The notes below the pieces were generated by a model, which worked only from the letters and a program-made list of their open reading frames with translations, had not been told where the DNA came from and ran no database searches. 64,000 nt of DNA, from assembly GCA_046263085.1 (NCBI GenBank), contig JBHELK010000101.1, positions 2,011 to 66,010 of the forward strand, read 5' to 3'. The stretch is from Actinomycetota bacterium (lineage in GTDB: Bacteria > Actinomycetota > UBA4738 > JACQTL01). This document shows, one piece after another, positions 1 to 9,281 of the stretch; the stretch's first letter is position 1, and each line of letters opens with the position of its first letter. The position numbers were made by a program, and so were the translations under genes.

Positions 1-1190
1 AGGTCGCCCACGCGTGAGCCGATGTGCACGGCGATGCCACCGACGTCATGTCCCATGAGCTCGATCTCCCCGGTGTGCACGCCGCACCTGGCCTCGAGGC
101 CGAGGCCTCGCGTCCCGAGCGTGAGCGCCTCAGCGCAGCGAACGGCTCTGGCCGGTCCGTCGAACGTGGCGAGGACGCCGTCGCCCAGCGTCTTGACCTG
201 CCGGCCCCGGAACCGGTCGATCTCCCTGCCGGCGAGCGCGTAGTAGCGCTCGAGGAGCTCGTGCCACCTGCGGTCGCCCACGCCGGCGGCCCGCTCCGTG
301 GACCCCACGATGTCTGCGAACAGCACCGTGGCCAGCACGCGGTCGACGTCCGGCTCGGACCGTGCCCCGGTGACGAACTCCAGGATCTCCTGCACCGTCT
401 CCTCGGGATCCCCGAACCAGAACAGATGGTCCTGGCCCGACAGCTCCACGAACTTCGCCCCGGGCACCCGTTCGGCGAAGTCACGCCCCACCTCGATCCT
501 CACGAACTGCTCATCCCGCTGGTGCAGGACGAGCGTCGGGACCCGGATCGTGGGGAGGATGTCCCGGCAGTCGATCCCCATGTTGATCTCGAGCAGACGG
601 AGCCCCTCCGTCGGGCTGATCGACATCCGTTCGTACCTGCCCCACCACGCCCGGAACGCCTTGTCGCCGGCCCTGGACGGCACGATGATGTCCGCGCCCA
701 GGCCGGATCCCCACGCTTTGCGGAGGTACGTCATGAACATCTCGACGAACTCCTGCGGCATCCCCTGGGGGAAATCGTCGTCGGCGATGAACTTCGCCCC
801 GCCGGCGTAGGCGATCAGCGCTCGGGTCCGCTCCGGGTAGGCCGCGGCGAACATGGCGCCGAAGGTGGCGCCCTCCGACCATCCGAAGATCACGGCCTGC
901 TGCGATCCCGCGGCGTCCATGACCACTCGGACGTCGTCCATCCGGTCCTCGAGCGTGGAGGAGGAGACGTTGCGATCCGACAGCCCGGTTCCCCGCTTGT
1001 CGAACAGGATCACGCGGAAGTGCGGTGTGAGCCGGCGCATCATCCGCTCGAACGACGGGTCCTCCCACGCCACCTCGACGTGGAAGATCCACCCCGGCGC
1101 CATGACCATGTCGATCGGGCCGTCCCCGATCACCTGGTAGGCGATCGAGACGTCGCCCGCCTGCGCGTACCGCGTCTCGGGGTGGGTCAC
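1..1190 (-). CDS. alpha/beta-hydrolase fused to class III adenylate/guanylate cyclase domain; C-terminus runs off the window
   Basis: Reverse-complement translation gives VTHPETRYAQAGDVSIAYQVIGDGPIDMVMAPGW... (hydrolase N-terminus), then ...VLATVLFADIVGSTERAAGVGDRRWHELL...VKTLGDGVLATFDGP (cyclase catalytic motifs). GTG start shares GTGA with the upstream gene's stop. Not listed in the ORF track because no stop falls inside the window. Confidence 0.7.
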   Translation of the reverse strand, partial: MTHPETRYAQAGDVSIAYQVIGDGPIDMVMAPGWIFHVEVAWEDPSFERMMRRLTPHFRVILFDKRGTGLSDRNVSSSTLEDRMDDVRVVMDAAGSQQAVIFGWSEGATFGAMFAAAYPERTRALIAYAGGAKFIADDDFPQGMPQEFVEMFMTYLRKAWGSGLGADIIVPSRAGDKAFRAWWGRYERMSISPTEGLRLLEINMGIDCRDILPTIRVPTLVLHQRDEQFVRIEVGRDFAERVPGAKFVELSGQDHLFWFGDPEETVQEILEFVTGARSEPDVDRVLATVLFADIVGSTERAAGVGDRRWHELLERYYALAGREIDRFRGRQVKTLGDGVLATFDGPARAVRCAEALTLGTRGLGLEARCGVHTGEIELMGHDVGGIAVHIGSRVGD

Positions 1191-2242
1191 CGGCTCGGAT
1201 GCCGCTGGGGCAGGATCATCGTGGAGCCGGTGGCCGTGGCGACCTTCTTGCCGTCGGGCCCCACGACCTCCGAGTTCGCCACGGCGAGCGTCTTCCCCCG
1301 GTGCGTCACGACGCCACACGCCACGAGCTCGCCGTCGGCGGGTTTCACAGGGCGCAGGAAGTTGATCTTCACGTCCACCGGCCGGTACGCCGCGCCGAGC
1401 TCGAGCGTCGACGTGACGGCGATGGCCACGGCGGCGTGGGCGAGCATGGCGATCGCGCCGCCCTCGATGGTCCGGAAGGGGGAGGCCAACCATTCCGTCG
1501 CCGGCATGCTGAACGTGGCCGCGCCCTCCGACGCCTCGCGAAGCGTCAGGCCCAGCAGATGATGGATCGGCGGTGGCGGGAGCTCGCCCGCGATCTGCCG
1601 GCGAAGGATCTCCAGGCCCGGCATCGTTCGCCACACCTCCCAGGGGATCGTCTCGCCGGCGAGCGGCCGCAGGTACGGATCCGGCGTGGCCTCCTGAGGC
1701 TCGACGTACGGCTCGATGGCCTCGGGCGGCTCGATGTCCTCGCGCGGTGCAAACACGTAGCAACTCGACGTGCCGTGCGCGACCGGGCGTCCCTCGCCGT
1801 CGTGCACCCAGGCCGCTGAGAGCGCGAGCGGGCTCCCCATGTGCACGAGCGTTCCGACGGATCTGATCATGCCTCCGGCGGGGCACGGCTGGAGGAACGT
1901 CATCGACAGCTCCGCCGTCGTGTACGGCGTCGCCGCAGGCAGCCCGATCTGCACGGCCGTCCCGAGCGCCCCGTCGGCGAGCATCAGCAGCGGTCCCGCA
2001 GAGATCTGGTCCTGCGAAGACAGGAACCACTCCGAGGCGGGCATCTCGAACACGGTGTGTTCCTCGTCGGCCTCGACGAACGTCATACCGGTGAGCCGTG
2101 AGATGGGCGGCCTGGGCCCGCCGGCTTTCTTGGCCGCGTGGAGCTGGTGGAGCCCGGAGAGCCCGAACACGGATGGCTCCGGATAGTCGCCCCGAACGGG
2201 CTCCCGCCACAGGTCCAGGCTCGCCGCCGTCGTCTCGCCCAT
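1187..2242 (-). CDS. double hotdog-fold (PaaI/4HBT-type) thioesterase family protein
   Basis: 351-aa ORF with two tandem thioesterase-like halves (..GGMIRSVGTLVHMG.. and ..GGAIAMLAHAAVAIA..). 4-nt overlap with the downstream cyclase gene. Confidence 0.5.
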   Translation of the reverse strand: MGETTAASLDLWREPVRGDYPEPSVFGLSGLHQLHAAKKAGGPRPPISRLTGMTFVEADEEHTVFEMPASEWFLSSQDQISAGPLLMLADGALGTAVQIGLPAATPYTTAELSMTFLQPCPAGGMIRSVGTLVHMGSPLALSAAWVHDGEGRPVAHGTSSCYVFAPREDIEPPEAIEPYVEPQEATPDPYLRPLAGETIPWEVWRTMPGLEILRRQIAGELPPPPIHHLLGLTLREASEGAATFSMPATEWLASPFRTIEGGAIAMLAHAAVAIAVTSTLELGAAYRPVDVKINFLRPVKPADGELVACGVVTHRGKTLAVANSEVVGPDGKKVATATGSTMILPQRHPSR

Positions 2243-2380
2243 CAGATCCCCTTGGTATTCGGTTGGTATTCGGCGCCGAGGCCTCCATCCCTGCCCGGGA
2301 AGGCCCGCAGGCCGGCCTCCGTGGATCGAGGCGGGAGGGGCAAGTACTATTCCCCGGCCCCCGAGCGATAGGCCGGATCC

Positions 2381-3868
2381 GTGAGCTCAACCGATCCACA
2401 AGGTCGCCCAACGCCCCGGCGCCTGACGGCTCTGGGCTTGGGTGGCATCGCGCTCCTCGCGCTCGCTCTTCCGACCTCACCAGCCGTCGGATCTCTCGCG
2501 ATCCCCCCCGGCCTGGACGCTCGCGCCGAACGGCCTGCGTCTCCCGCCACCGCGGCCGGGGCAAATGCTCAGGCCTGTCGCATCGGTCAGCGTGCTCGGC
2601 CGTACCGAGCGGGCGGGAAGCCGGTGAAACCGACGTCCGTTCCGTCCGGACCACACCCCTGCCTCGACCGGACGGGCTTGCCTTCCTGGGAACCGACGAT
2701 CGCCGTGACGTCGCAGGGATGGATCCTCGAGGCGGGTGACAAGCGCAATCCGGTGCTCGTGGTCGTCCGCTCGCAGGACGGGGGGCGAACGTGGACCGAC
2801 GTGACCCCGATCGACGCTCCGTCACCCCTCGGCGATCCGTTCATGCATCTGGACCCGCGCACCGGCCGCCTCTTCACGGCGGAGTACAAACCCGACTCCT
2901 GCTATCAGTTCTCGTATTCCGACGACGCCGGCGACCACTGGACCCCCGTCCCCGAGGTCTGTGGCCTCGTCGACCATGAGAACATCTTCACCGCGCCGCC
3001 TGTCTCCTCCGCGACGCTCGGCTACCCGGACGTCGTGTACCTCTGTGCGAACACCGGTGGTTTCGGGACGCTCTCCACGGCCGATCAATGCATGAAGTCT
3101 CTGAACGGTGGCTTGTCCTTCGCGCCGACCGGCGATCTCCCGTACTCCGGCGGCGACTCCTCCTCGGACGGGGGGACCGGCCAGGGTGTCGGCGGGCCCG
3201 ACGGGACGATCTACCTGCCGAAGGGGTGGAACGGCCATCCATACCTCGCCATCAGCCACGATGAGGGCGCCACGTGGAGCCGCGTCCAGGTTTCGAGCCT
3301 CACGTTGGCGAGCGAGTACTTCGACTCGGTGCAGGGCTATCGGTACGCGGATCAGGCGGGAGTCGCGGTCGACGAGGAGGGAAACCTCTACTACGACTGG
3401 GTGGGCCCCGGCGGGTCCCTCTATCTCAACGTGTCACGCGACGGTGGCGCGACCTGGTCGAGCCCTCTGAACATCACCCCGCCGGGCGTCGTTGCCACGA
3501 GCTTGCCCGCCATCGAGGTCGGGACGCCGGGGCGCATCGCGGCCGCCTACATGGGCTCGCGCGTGGGATCCGTTTTCTGGGACGGGTTCATCACCGTGAC
3601 GACGAACGCGCTCGGCAGGCGACCGCTGTTCTACGCGACACGGGTGAACCCGCCGTCGGATCCGCTCGTGTACGGGTCATGCGGAACCACGCGATGTGCG
3701 GACGCGGGCGATTTCTTCGACGTGACGATCGGGCCCGATGGCCGGCCGTGGGCTTCGTTCGTGGACGCCTGCTCCTCGACCTGCGCGCAGGAACGGGGCC
3801 CGAACGACACCTCCGAAGGAGTGGTCGGCAGCTTCATGGGTGGCCCGACCCTCCGTCCCGCTGGTTAG
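2381..3868 (+). CDS. secreted BNR/Asp-box repeat protein (sialidase/glycosidase-like beta-propeller)
   Basis: N-terminal signal peptide. Repeated S-x-D-x-G-x-T-W motifs (SQDGGRTW, SDDAGDHW, SHDEGATW, SRDGGATW). Confidence 0.6.
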   Translation: MSSTDPQGRPTPRRLTALGLGGIALLALALPTSPAVGSLAIPPGLDARAERPASPATAAGANAQACRIGQRARPYRAGGKPVKPTSVPSGPHPCLDRTGLPSWEPTIAVTSQGWILEAGDKRNPVLVVVRSQDGGRTWTDVTPIDAPSPLGDPFMHLDPRTGRLFTAEYKPDSCYQFSYSDDAGDHWTPVPEVCGLVDHENIFTAPPVSSATLGYPDVVYLCANTGGFGTLSTADQCMKSLNGGLSFAPTGDLPYSGGDSSSDGGTGQGVGGPDGTIYLPKGWNGHPYLAISHDEGATWSRVQVSSLTLASEYFDSVQGYRYADQAGVAVDEEGNLYYDWVGPGGSLYLNVSRDGGATWSSPLNITPPGVVATSLPAIEVGTPGRIAAAYMGSRVGSVFWDGFITVTTNALGRRPLFYATRVNPPSDPLVYGSCGTTRCADAGDFFDVTIGPDGRPWASFVDACSSTCAQERGPNDTSEGVVGSFMGGPTLRPAG

Positions 3869-4623
3869 CCGGCCAGCGAGAACCCGCCGTCGACGACGAG
3901 CGTGTGGCCTCGGATCATCGATGCCTCATCCGAACAGAGGAACGCAACGGACTCGGCCACGTCCTCTGGCGTGAGCATCCTGCCGGCAGGCGTGCGAGAG
4001 GCTGCCTGCTCGAGCAGATCCTCGCGGTTCGGGAAGTGCTGCAAGGCGTCGGTGTCCACGACGCCGGCCGACACCACGTTCACCCGGATCCCGTGGGGCG
4101 CGAGCTCCACAGCGAGGTACCTGGCGAGCGTCTCGAGGGCAGCCTTCGACACGCCGACCGCGCCGTAGCCGGGGATCACGCGGGTCGAGCCGAGGCTCGA
4201 CAGCGCCACCACGGCCCCGCCACCGTTGGCGGCCATCGGGTCACGCAACTGCTGCATCAGCACGAGCAGCGAACGGCAGTTCACGTCGAGCGACCAGTCC
4301 CACCCGCGTTCCTCGACCTCCATCAGCGGGCGGAGCACGCCGGATGCCGCGTTGCTGACGACGATGGACGGTGCCCCGAGCTCCTCGACCAGCGTGCGCG
4401 CGACACCCCGGACCTTCTCGGGATCGCCGACGTGGCCGCGAAGCACCACCGCGCGCCGTCCCAGCTCCTCGATCTGAGCCGCCGTCTTCTCGGCACCCTC
4501 GCGGTTGCGGAAGTAGCCCACGCCGATGTCGGCGCCGCGCCGCGCGAGCAGCAATGCCGTGGCCCTGCCGATACCGCGGGATGCCCCGGTGACCAGCGCC
4601 ACCCTGCCCGTGAGCTCGCTCAT
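3865..4623 (-). CDS. fabL: enoyl-ACP reductase, FabL-type SDR
   Basis: GxxxGIG NAD(P) motif. Blocks NAASGVLRP..ME.EE..WDW and DTDAL.HFPNREDLLE...TPAGRM closely match B. subtilis FabL. Last gene of the fab operon, 4-nt overlap with fabF. Confidence 0.75.
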   Translation of the reverse strand: MSELTGRVALVTGASRGIGRATALLLARRGADIGVGYFRNREGAEKTAAQIEELGRRAVVLRGHVGDPEKVRGVARTLVEELGAPSIVVSNAASGVLRPLMEVEERGWDWSLDVNCRSLLVLMQQLRDPMAANGGGAVVALSSLGSTRVIPGYGAVGVSKAALETLARYLAVELAPHGIRVNVVSAGVVDTDALQHFPNREDLLEQAASRTPAGRMLTPEDVAESVAFLCSDEASMIRGHTLVVDGGFSLAG

Positions 4624-5870
4624 GCCGATCGGACCAGCGCGATCGATGCGTTCTGCCCGCCGAATCCGAAGGAGTTCGTGAGCGCAGCCTCGACCTGAAC
4701 CTTCCGCGCCGCGTTCGGCACGACGTCGATGTCACATGCCGGGTCGGGATCCTCGTGGTTGATCGTCGGCGGCAGCACGCCGTTCGCGAGGGCGAGTGCG
4801 GTCGCCGCGGCCTCGGTCGCACCGGCCGCGCCGATCAGGTGCCCGGTCATCGACTTCGTGGAGGACACCGCGACGCGGTTCGCATGTTCGCCGAACACGC
4901 GGCGCACGGCGGCAACCTCCGCCGCGTCGCCGAGCTGCGTCGACGTCCCGTGCGCGTTGATGTAGCCGACATCCTCCGGCTCGAGCGCGGCATCGCGAAG
5001 CGCCGCCTGCATGGCGAGGGCCGCACCTTCCCCCTGGGGATGCGGCGCGGTCTCGTGGTGCGCGTCGGCGGAGAGCCCGTAGCCCACGATCTCGGCGTAG
5101 ACGCGAGCGCCCCGCGCCACGGCAGCATCGAGCTCCTCGAGCACGAGCACCGTGGAGCCCTCCCCCACCACGAACCCGTCGCGTCCGGCGTCGAATGGCC
5201 GCGACGCACCCTCCGGGTCGTCGTTCCTGGTCGACAGGGCTCGCGACGCGCAGAACCCGGCCACCGTGAGCGGCGTGATGGCGGCTTCGCTTCCGCCGGC
5301 GAGACACGCATCGGCGGCGCCCCACCGGATGAGGTCGACGGCCCGAGCGATGGCGTGTCCGCTCGCGGCACACGCCGTGGTGGTGGTGTCGTTCGGCCCG
5401 CGCAGCCCGAGCTGGATCGCGACCTGCCCGGCCGCCATGTTCGGGATCATCATGGCCACGAGGTGCGGACTGACCCGGCGAGCTCCGCGCTCCAGCAGCA
5501 CGCTGTGCTGCGTCTCGTACGCGGCGATGCCACCGATGCCCGTACCGATCACCACGCCGACCCGTTCGGCGCCGTAGCGCTCGCTCTCGAGATCGGCGTC
5601 GGCCACGGCGAGCCTCGCCGCGGCCACGGCCAGCTGCGCGAAGCGCTCCATGCGCCTGGCGTCGGATGCCTCCATGAAGTCCTCGGCCCGGAAGCCGTGC
5701 ACCTCCGCGGCGATCCTGCTCGGCAGGTCCGACGCGTCGAAGGACTCGAGCTTGCCGACGCCCGAGCCGCCCGCGAGGAGCGTGTTCCAGAAGGCCTCGA
5801 CGCCGATGCCGACCGGCGTGACCGGACCGATGCCCGTGACGACGACGCGGCGGCGTTCGACCGCGGCCAT
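4620..5870 (-). CDS. fabF: 3-oxoacyl-ACP synthase II
   Basis: RRVVVTGIGPVTPVG N-terminus, active-site Cys region TTACASG, HGTST and GHLIGAAG motifs. 416 aa. Confidence 0.9.
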   Translation of the reverse strand: MAAVERRRVVVTGIGPVTPVGIGVEAFWNTLLAGGSGVGKLESFDASDLPSRIAAEVHGFRAEDFMEASDARRMERFAQLAVAAARLAVADADLESERYGAERVGVVIGTGIGGIAAYETQHSVLLERGARRVSPHLVAMMIPNMAAGQVAIQLGLRGPNDTTTTACAASGHAIARAVDLIRWGAADACLAGGSEAAITPLTVAGFCASRALSTRNDDPEGASRPFDAGRDGFVVGEGSTVLVLEELDAAVARGARVYAEIVGYGLSADAHHETAPHPQGEGAALAMQAALRDAALEPEDVGYINAHGTSTQLGDAAEVAAVRRVFGEHANRVAVSSTKSMTGHLIGAAGATEAAATALALANGVLPPTINHEDPDPACDIDVVPNAARKVQVEAALTNSFGFGGQNASIALVRSA

Positions 5871-6118
5871 CAGGCCGGGGTCCCCACCTTGCGGTGGAGC
5901 AGATCGAGCGCCTGCTCCAGCCGCTCGATCCCGGCGAGCTCGCCGTCGGGGATCTCCACGCCCAGGCGGTCCTCGAGCGACATGACGAGCGACACCATGT
6001 CGAGCGAATCGAGTCCCATCTTCTTGAACGTCGACTCCGGGGCGATCGTCTCGGGGTCGACCTTGAACTCCTCGACCAGGACCGTTCTGACCTGGTCGTC
6101 GATCTCCTGTGTGGTCAT
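5870..6118 (-). CDS. acpP: acyl carrier protein
   Basis: 82 aa, phosphopantetheine attachment motif GLDSLDMVSL. Confidence 0.85.
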   Translation of the reverse strand: MTTQEIDDQVRTVLVEEFKVDPETIAPESTFKKMGLDSLDMVSLVMSLEDRLGVEIPDGELAGIERLEQALDLLHRKVGTPA

Positions 6119-6131
6119 GCCATCCTCCTCG

Positions 6132-6872
6132 TCAGCTCGACAATCCGCCGTCCACCACGATCACGCTGCCCGTCACGTAGCTCGCGCCGGGCGACGCGAG
6201 GAACGCGATGGCCGACGCCACCTCCTCGGGCGTGCCGACGCGCCCGGCCGGCACTCCGTCCACGGCTCGCGAGCGCAGCTCCTCGGGGACCATCGCCGTG
6301 TCGATGTAGCCGGGCGCAACCACGTTCGCCGTGATGCCCTTGGTCGCCACCTCGCGCGCCACCGCGCTCATCAGCCCGATGACCCCGGCCTTCGCCGCGC
6401 AGTAATTGGCCTGCCCCACGTTGCCGTGCAGGCCGGCCACCGACGACACCGCCACGATCCGGCCCCACCGGGTGCGGAGCATCGGCCGGATGGCCCGGCG
6501 CACGCATCGGTACGTGCCCTCGAGGTTCACGTCGAGGACGCGGCGCCAGGAGTCGTCGTCCATGAGGGCGAGCACGCGGTCCCTCGTGAGGCCCGCGTTC
6601 GCCACGAGGATCTGAACCGGACCGAGGGCGGCCTCCGTCTCCCGGAACATGGCCTCGACATCCTCCGGCGCGGCGACGTCGCCGCGGACGACGATGGCCT
6701 CGCCTCCGAGCTCGCGGATGACCTCCGCGGTTTCCTCGGCCCCCTCCTTGTCCTCCCGGAAGTTCACGGCGAGCCGCGAGCCGCTCCTCGCGAGCGAGAT
6801 GGCCGCGGCGCGGCCGATCCCGCGCGACGCGCCCGTGACGAGCGCGACCGGGTTCGTCGGGGACTCGGTCAC
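6132..6872 (-). CDS. fabG: 3-oxoacyl-ACP reductase
   Basis: SDR with [10 protein letters not shown] motif and YxxxK catalytic motif (NYCAAKAG). 246 aa, operon context. Confidence 0.85.
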   Translation of the reverse strand: MTESPTNPVALVTGASRGIGRAAAISLARSGSRLAVNFREDKEGAEETAEVIRELGGEAIVVRGDVAAPEDVEAMFRETEAALGPVQILVANAGLTRDRVLALMDDDSWRRVLDVNLEGTYRCVRRAIRPMLRTRWGRIVAVSSVAGLHGNVGQANYCAAKAGVIGLMSAVAREVATKGITANVVAPGYIDTAMVPEELRSRAVDGVPAGRVGTPEEVASAIAFLASPGASYVTGSVIVVDGGLSS

Positions 6873-7906
6873 GGCGTCGTCCCGACCAGCATGTCGCTTG
6901 CTCGCTCGCCGTCACGAACCGCGGGCGCCGTCCACCGCACCACGCCGGTCCCCCACACGAGCCCCGCACCGATCGCGGTGAGCACGAGCGTGGAGCCGGG
7001 CTGCAGCCGTCCCTCGTCGGCGGCCTCCGAGAGCGCGATGGGCACCGAGGCCGCCGAGGTGTTGCCGTACCGCGCGACGTTGGACACCACGCGCTCGTTG
7101 TCGAGACCGAGCCGCTCGGCGCACGCGGAGACGATCCGCTGGTTCGCCTGGTGACAGATGAAGAGGTCGATGTCCGCCGGCTCGAGGCCGGCGTCGCGAA
7201 GGGCCCGCTCGGACGAGGCCGCCATGGTCCGGACCGCCGCGCGGAACACCTCGCGGCCGTCCATGTGGATGAGGTGTCCCTCCTCGAGGGTGGCCGCCGA
7301 CGCAGGGCGCTCGCTCCCCCCGGCCGGGATCGTGATCAGGGAGTAGCCAGTGCCGTCTGCACCGAGGTCCACCGACAGGAGCCCGGCGGCCTCGTCGGTG
7401 CGTTCGAGCACGACGGCCCCCGCCCCGTCGCCGAACAGCACGCACGTAGACGGATCGTTCCAGTCGACGAAGCGGGACAGCACCTCGGCCCCGATCACCA
7501 GGCAGCGGCGCATGGCGCCGGAGGCGATGAAGCTCGAGCACACCGCAAGTCCGTGCATGAACCCGGCGCACGCCGCGTTCAGGTCGAAGGCCCCGGCCTT
7601 CCCGGCACCGAGCGCGAGCTGTACGAGGGGCGCGGTGGCCGGACACATGCGATCGGGGGTTGTGGTCGCCACCACCACGAGGTCCAGATCCTGCGGCTGC
7701 ACGCCCGCGCGCGCCAGCGCCCTCTTTCCGGCCCGCACGGCGAGCGACGACGTGCGCTCGTGCGGGCCCGCGATCCGACGTTCCCGGATCCCGGTGCGAC
7801 GCACGATCCAGTCGGTGTCCACGCCGAGCGAGTCGGCGAGCTCCTCGTTCGTGACGACGCGGTCGGGGACGGCGCGACCCCAGCCGGTGATCGTCGCGGC
7901 GGGCAT
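6869..7906 (-). CDS. fabH: 3-oxoacyl-ACP synthase III (KAS III)
   Basis: AACAGF active-site Cys region, HQAN and GNTSAAS motifs. The ORF extends to 7927, but the [10 protein letters not shown] start at 7906 fits FabH N-termini better. Confidence 0.85.
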   Translation of the reverse strand: MPAATITGWGRAVPDRVVTNEELADSLGVDTDWIVRRTGIRERRIAGPHERTSSLAVRAGKRALARAGVQPQDLDLVVVATTTPDRMCPATAPLVQLALGAGKAGAFDLNAACAGFMHGLAVCSSFIASGAMRRCLVIGAEVLSRFVDWNDPSTCVLFGDGAGAVVLERTDEAAGLLSVDLGADGTGYSLITIPAGGSERPASAATLEEGHLIHMDGREVFRAAVRTMAASSERALRDAGLEPADIDLFICHQANQRIVSACAERLGLDNERVVSNVARYGNTSAASVPIALSEAADEGRLQPGSTLVLTAIGAGLVWGTGVVRWTAPAVRDGERASDMLVGTTP

Positions 7907-7908
7907 CG

Positions 7909-8172
7909 TCACTCCACCCTCAGCCACGCGACCGGGTCACCCGGATCGATCGGCTGCCCGTCGAGGACCAGGTAGCCCATCACCCAACCGGGGAACGCGC
8001 TGCGCACCGGGATCTGTTCGCCGTCGCCGCGCCGGATGGCGGCGATCGAGTCCCCGGTGAGCACGAACTCGCCCTCGGCGCGCGTCTCGTCGGTGACGAG
8101 CTCGACCCGGCCGCCCGACGGCGACACGAGCACTCGCTCGGGGAGCGAGAACACTTCAGCCGACGTGTCCAT
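7909..8172 (-). CDS. small biotinyl/lipoyl-domain-like protein lacking any lysine (hypothetical)
   Basis: 87 aa. C-terminal PGWVMGYLVLDGQPIDPGDPVAWLRVE resembles the BCCP hybrid-barrel fold but the protein has no Lys. Strong SD (GGGAGGGGG). Sits between fabD and fabH. Confidence 0.45.
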   Translation of the reverse strand: MDTSAEVFSLPERVLVSPSGGRVELVTDETRAEGEFVLTGDSIAAIRRGDGEQIPVRSAFPGWVMGYLVLDGQPIDPGDPVAWLRVE

Positions 8173-9100
8173 GGCCCCCTCCCACGACGACGGGCGGGCC
8201 GTCGAGCAGCGCGTTCACCGCTTCGTCGTCGGCCACCTGGAGGGTGTTCGCGACGGGAGCGATCCGCCGGATCAGGCCGGACAGCACCCGTCCCGGCCCG
8301 ACCTCGACGAACGTGTCGACGCCCATCGCCTCGAGTGTCCGGACGCAATCGATCCACCGGACCGCATGGGTCACGCCCTCGACGGCGAGAGCGACGAGCT
8401 CCGCGGCATCCTCGTGCGCGCGGCCGTCGACACCCGACACCACGGGGACGCGTGGAGCCGACGCGCGGAGCCCGCTCAGCACGCCGGCCAGCTCGTCGCG
8501 GGCGGGGCGCATCAAGGCGCTGTGGGCCGCGACGCTCACCTTCAGGCGGATCACGCGTGCGCCCTCGGACTTCGCGGCCGCGGCCACCTCGGCGAGCGCC
8601 TCGTTCTCCCCGGAGATCACGACCTGCTCGGGCGCGTTGACGTTGGCCGGGCCGACCTCGCCCGGCGTCGCCGCGCAGAGCTCCTCGATCCGCTCCAGGC
8701 CGAGGCCCACGACGGCGGCCATGCCGCCCGGGTGCAGGCGCCCCGCCCGGCGCATGGCCTCGGCTCTGGCCGCCACGGCAGCGAGCGCGTCCTCGAACCG
8801 CAGAACGCCAGCCGCGACCAGCGCCGCGAACTCGCCGACACTGTGGCCGGCCACCGCATCGGGCTCCATGTCCCGGGCCTGCAGGGTTCGCGCCACGGCC
8901 ACACCGACCGTGAACACCGCCGGCTGCGTCACCTCGGTGGAATCCAGACGCTCCTCCGGACCGAGCACGCAGGTCTGCAGGAGGTCCCAGCCGAGAACGC
9001 GAGCGGCCTCTGCGAACGTCTCGCGTGCCGCATCCGACGTGAGTCCGGCGCCCATCCCCAGGGATTGGCTTCCCTGCCCCGGGAACACCCAGGCCCTCAT
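8156..9100 (-). CDS. fabD: malonyl-CoA:ACP transacylase
   Basis: VFPGQGSQ and GHSVGEF motifs. 314 aa. Confidence 0.9.
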   Translation of the reverse strand: MRAWVFPGQGSQSLGMGAGLTSDAARETFAEAARVLGWDLLQTCVLGPEERLDSTEVTQPAVFTVGVAVARTLQARDMEPDAVAGHSVGEFAALVAAGVLRFEDALAAVAARAEAMRRAGRLHPGGMAAVVGLGLERIEELCAATPGEVGPANVNAPEQVVISGENEALAEVAAAAKSEGARVIRLKVSVAAHSALMRPARDELAGVLSGLRASAPRVPVVSGVDGRAHEDAAELVALAVEGVTHAVRWIDCVRTLEAMGVDTFVEVGPGRVLSGLIRRIAPVANTLQVADDEAVNALLDGPPVVVGGGHGHVG

Positions 9101-9252
9101 GTGCGCCTCACGAAGTTACTGAGAGTCAAGTATCGGATCCGTGACCGGCCCGGCGCGGGACAGGGCGCGACGGGGGGTCCGAGCGGCATGCGCGCACGCT
9201 ACATGGCCACCCGACCCCGGTCAAGTTTGGCCTTGGCTTGGAGTCCCAGTTC

Positions 9253-9278
9253 CTTAAGCTACTTGTAGTATACTTAGG
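9253..9278. promoter_or_regulatory. AT-rich palindromic operator candidate in the fabD/tetR divergent intergenic region
   Basis: Near-palindrome TACTTGTAGTA (9260-9270) overlaps a perfect palindrome AGTATACT (9267-9274), in an AT-rich patch within ~70% GC DNA. Confidence 0.3.
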
Positions 9279-9281
9279 CCG

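Noticed and set aside
24-1562. 512-aa plus-strand ORF
   Set aside because: Antisense to the well-supported hydrolase-cyclase and thioesterase genes. Arg/Pro/Gly-rich composition typical of high-GC shadow ORFs.
4755-7154. 799-aa plus-strand ORF spanning fabF-acpP-fabG-fabH
   Set aside because: Antisense to four overlapping, motif-verified fab genes. Low-complexity R/G/D/H-rich translation.
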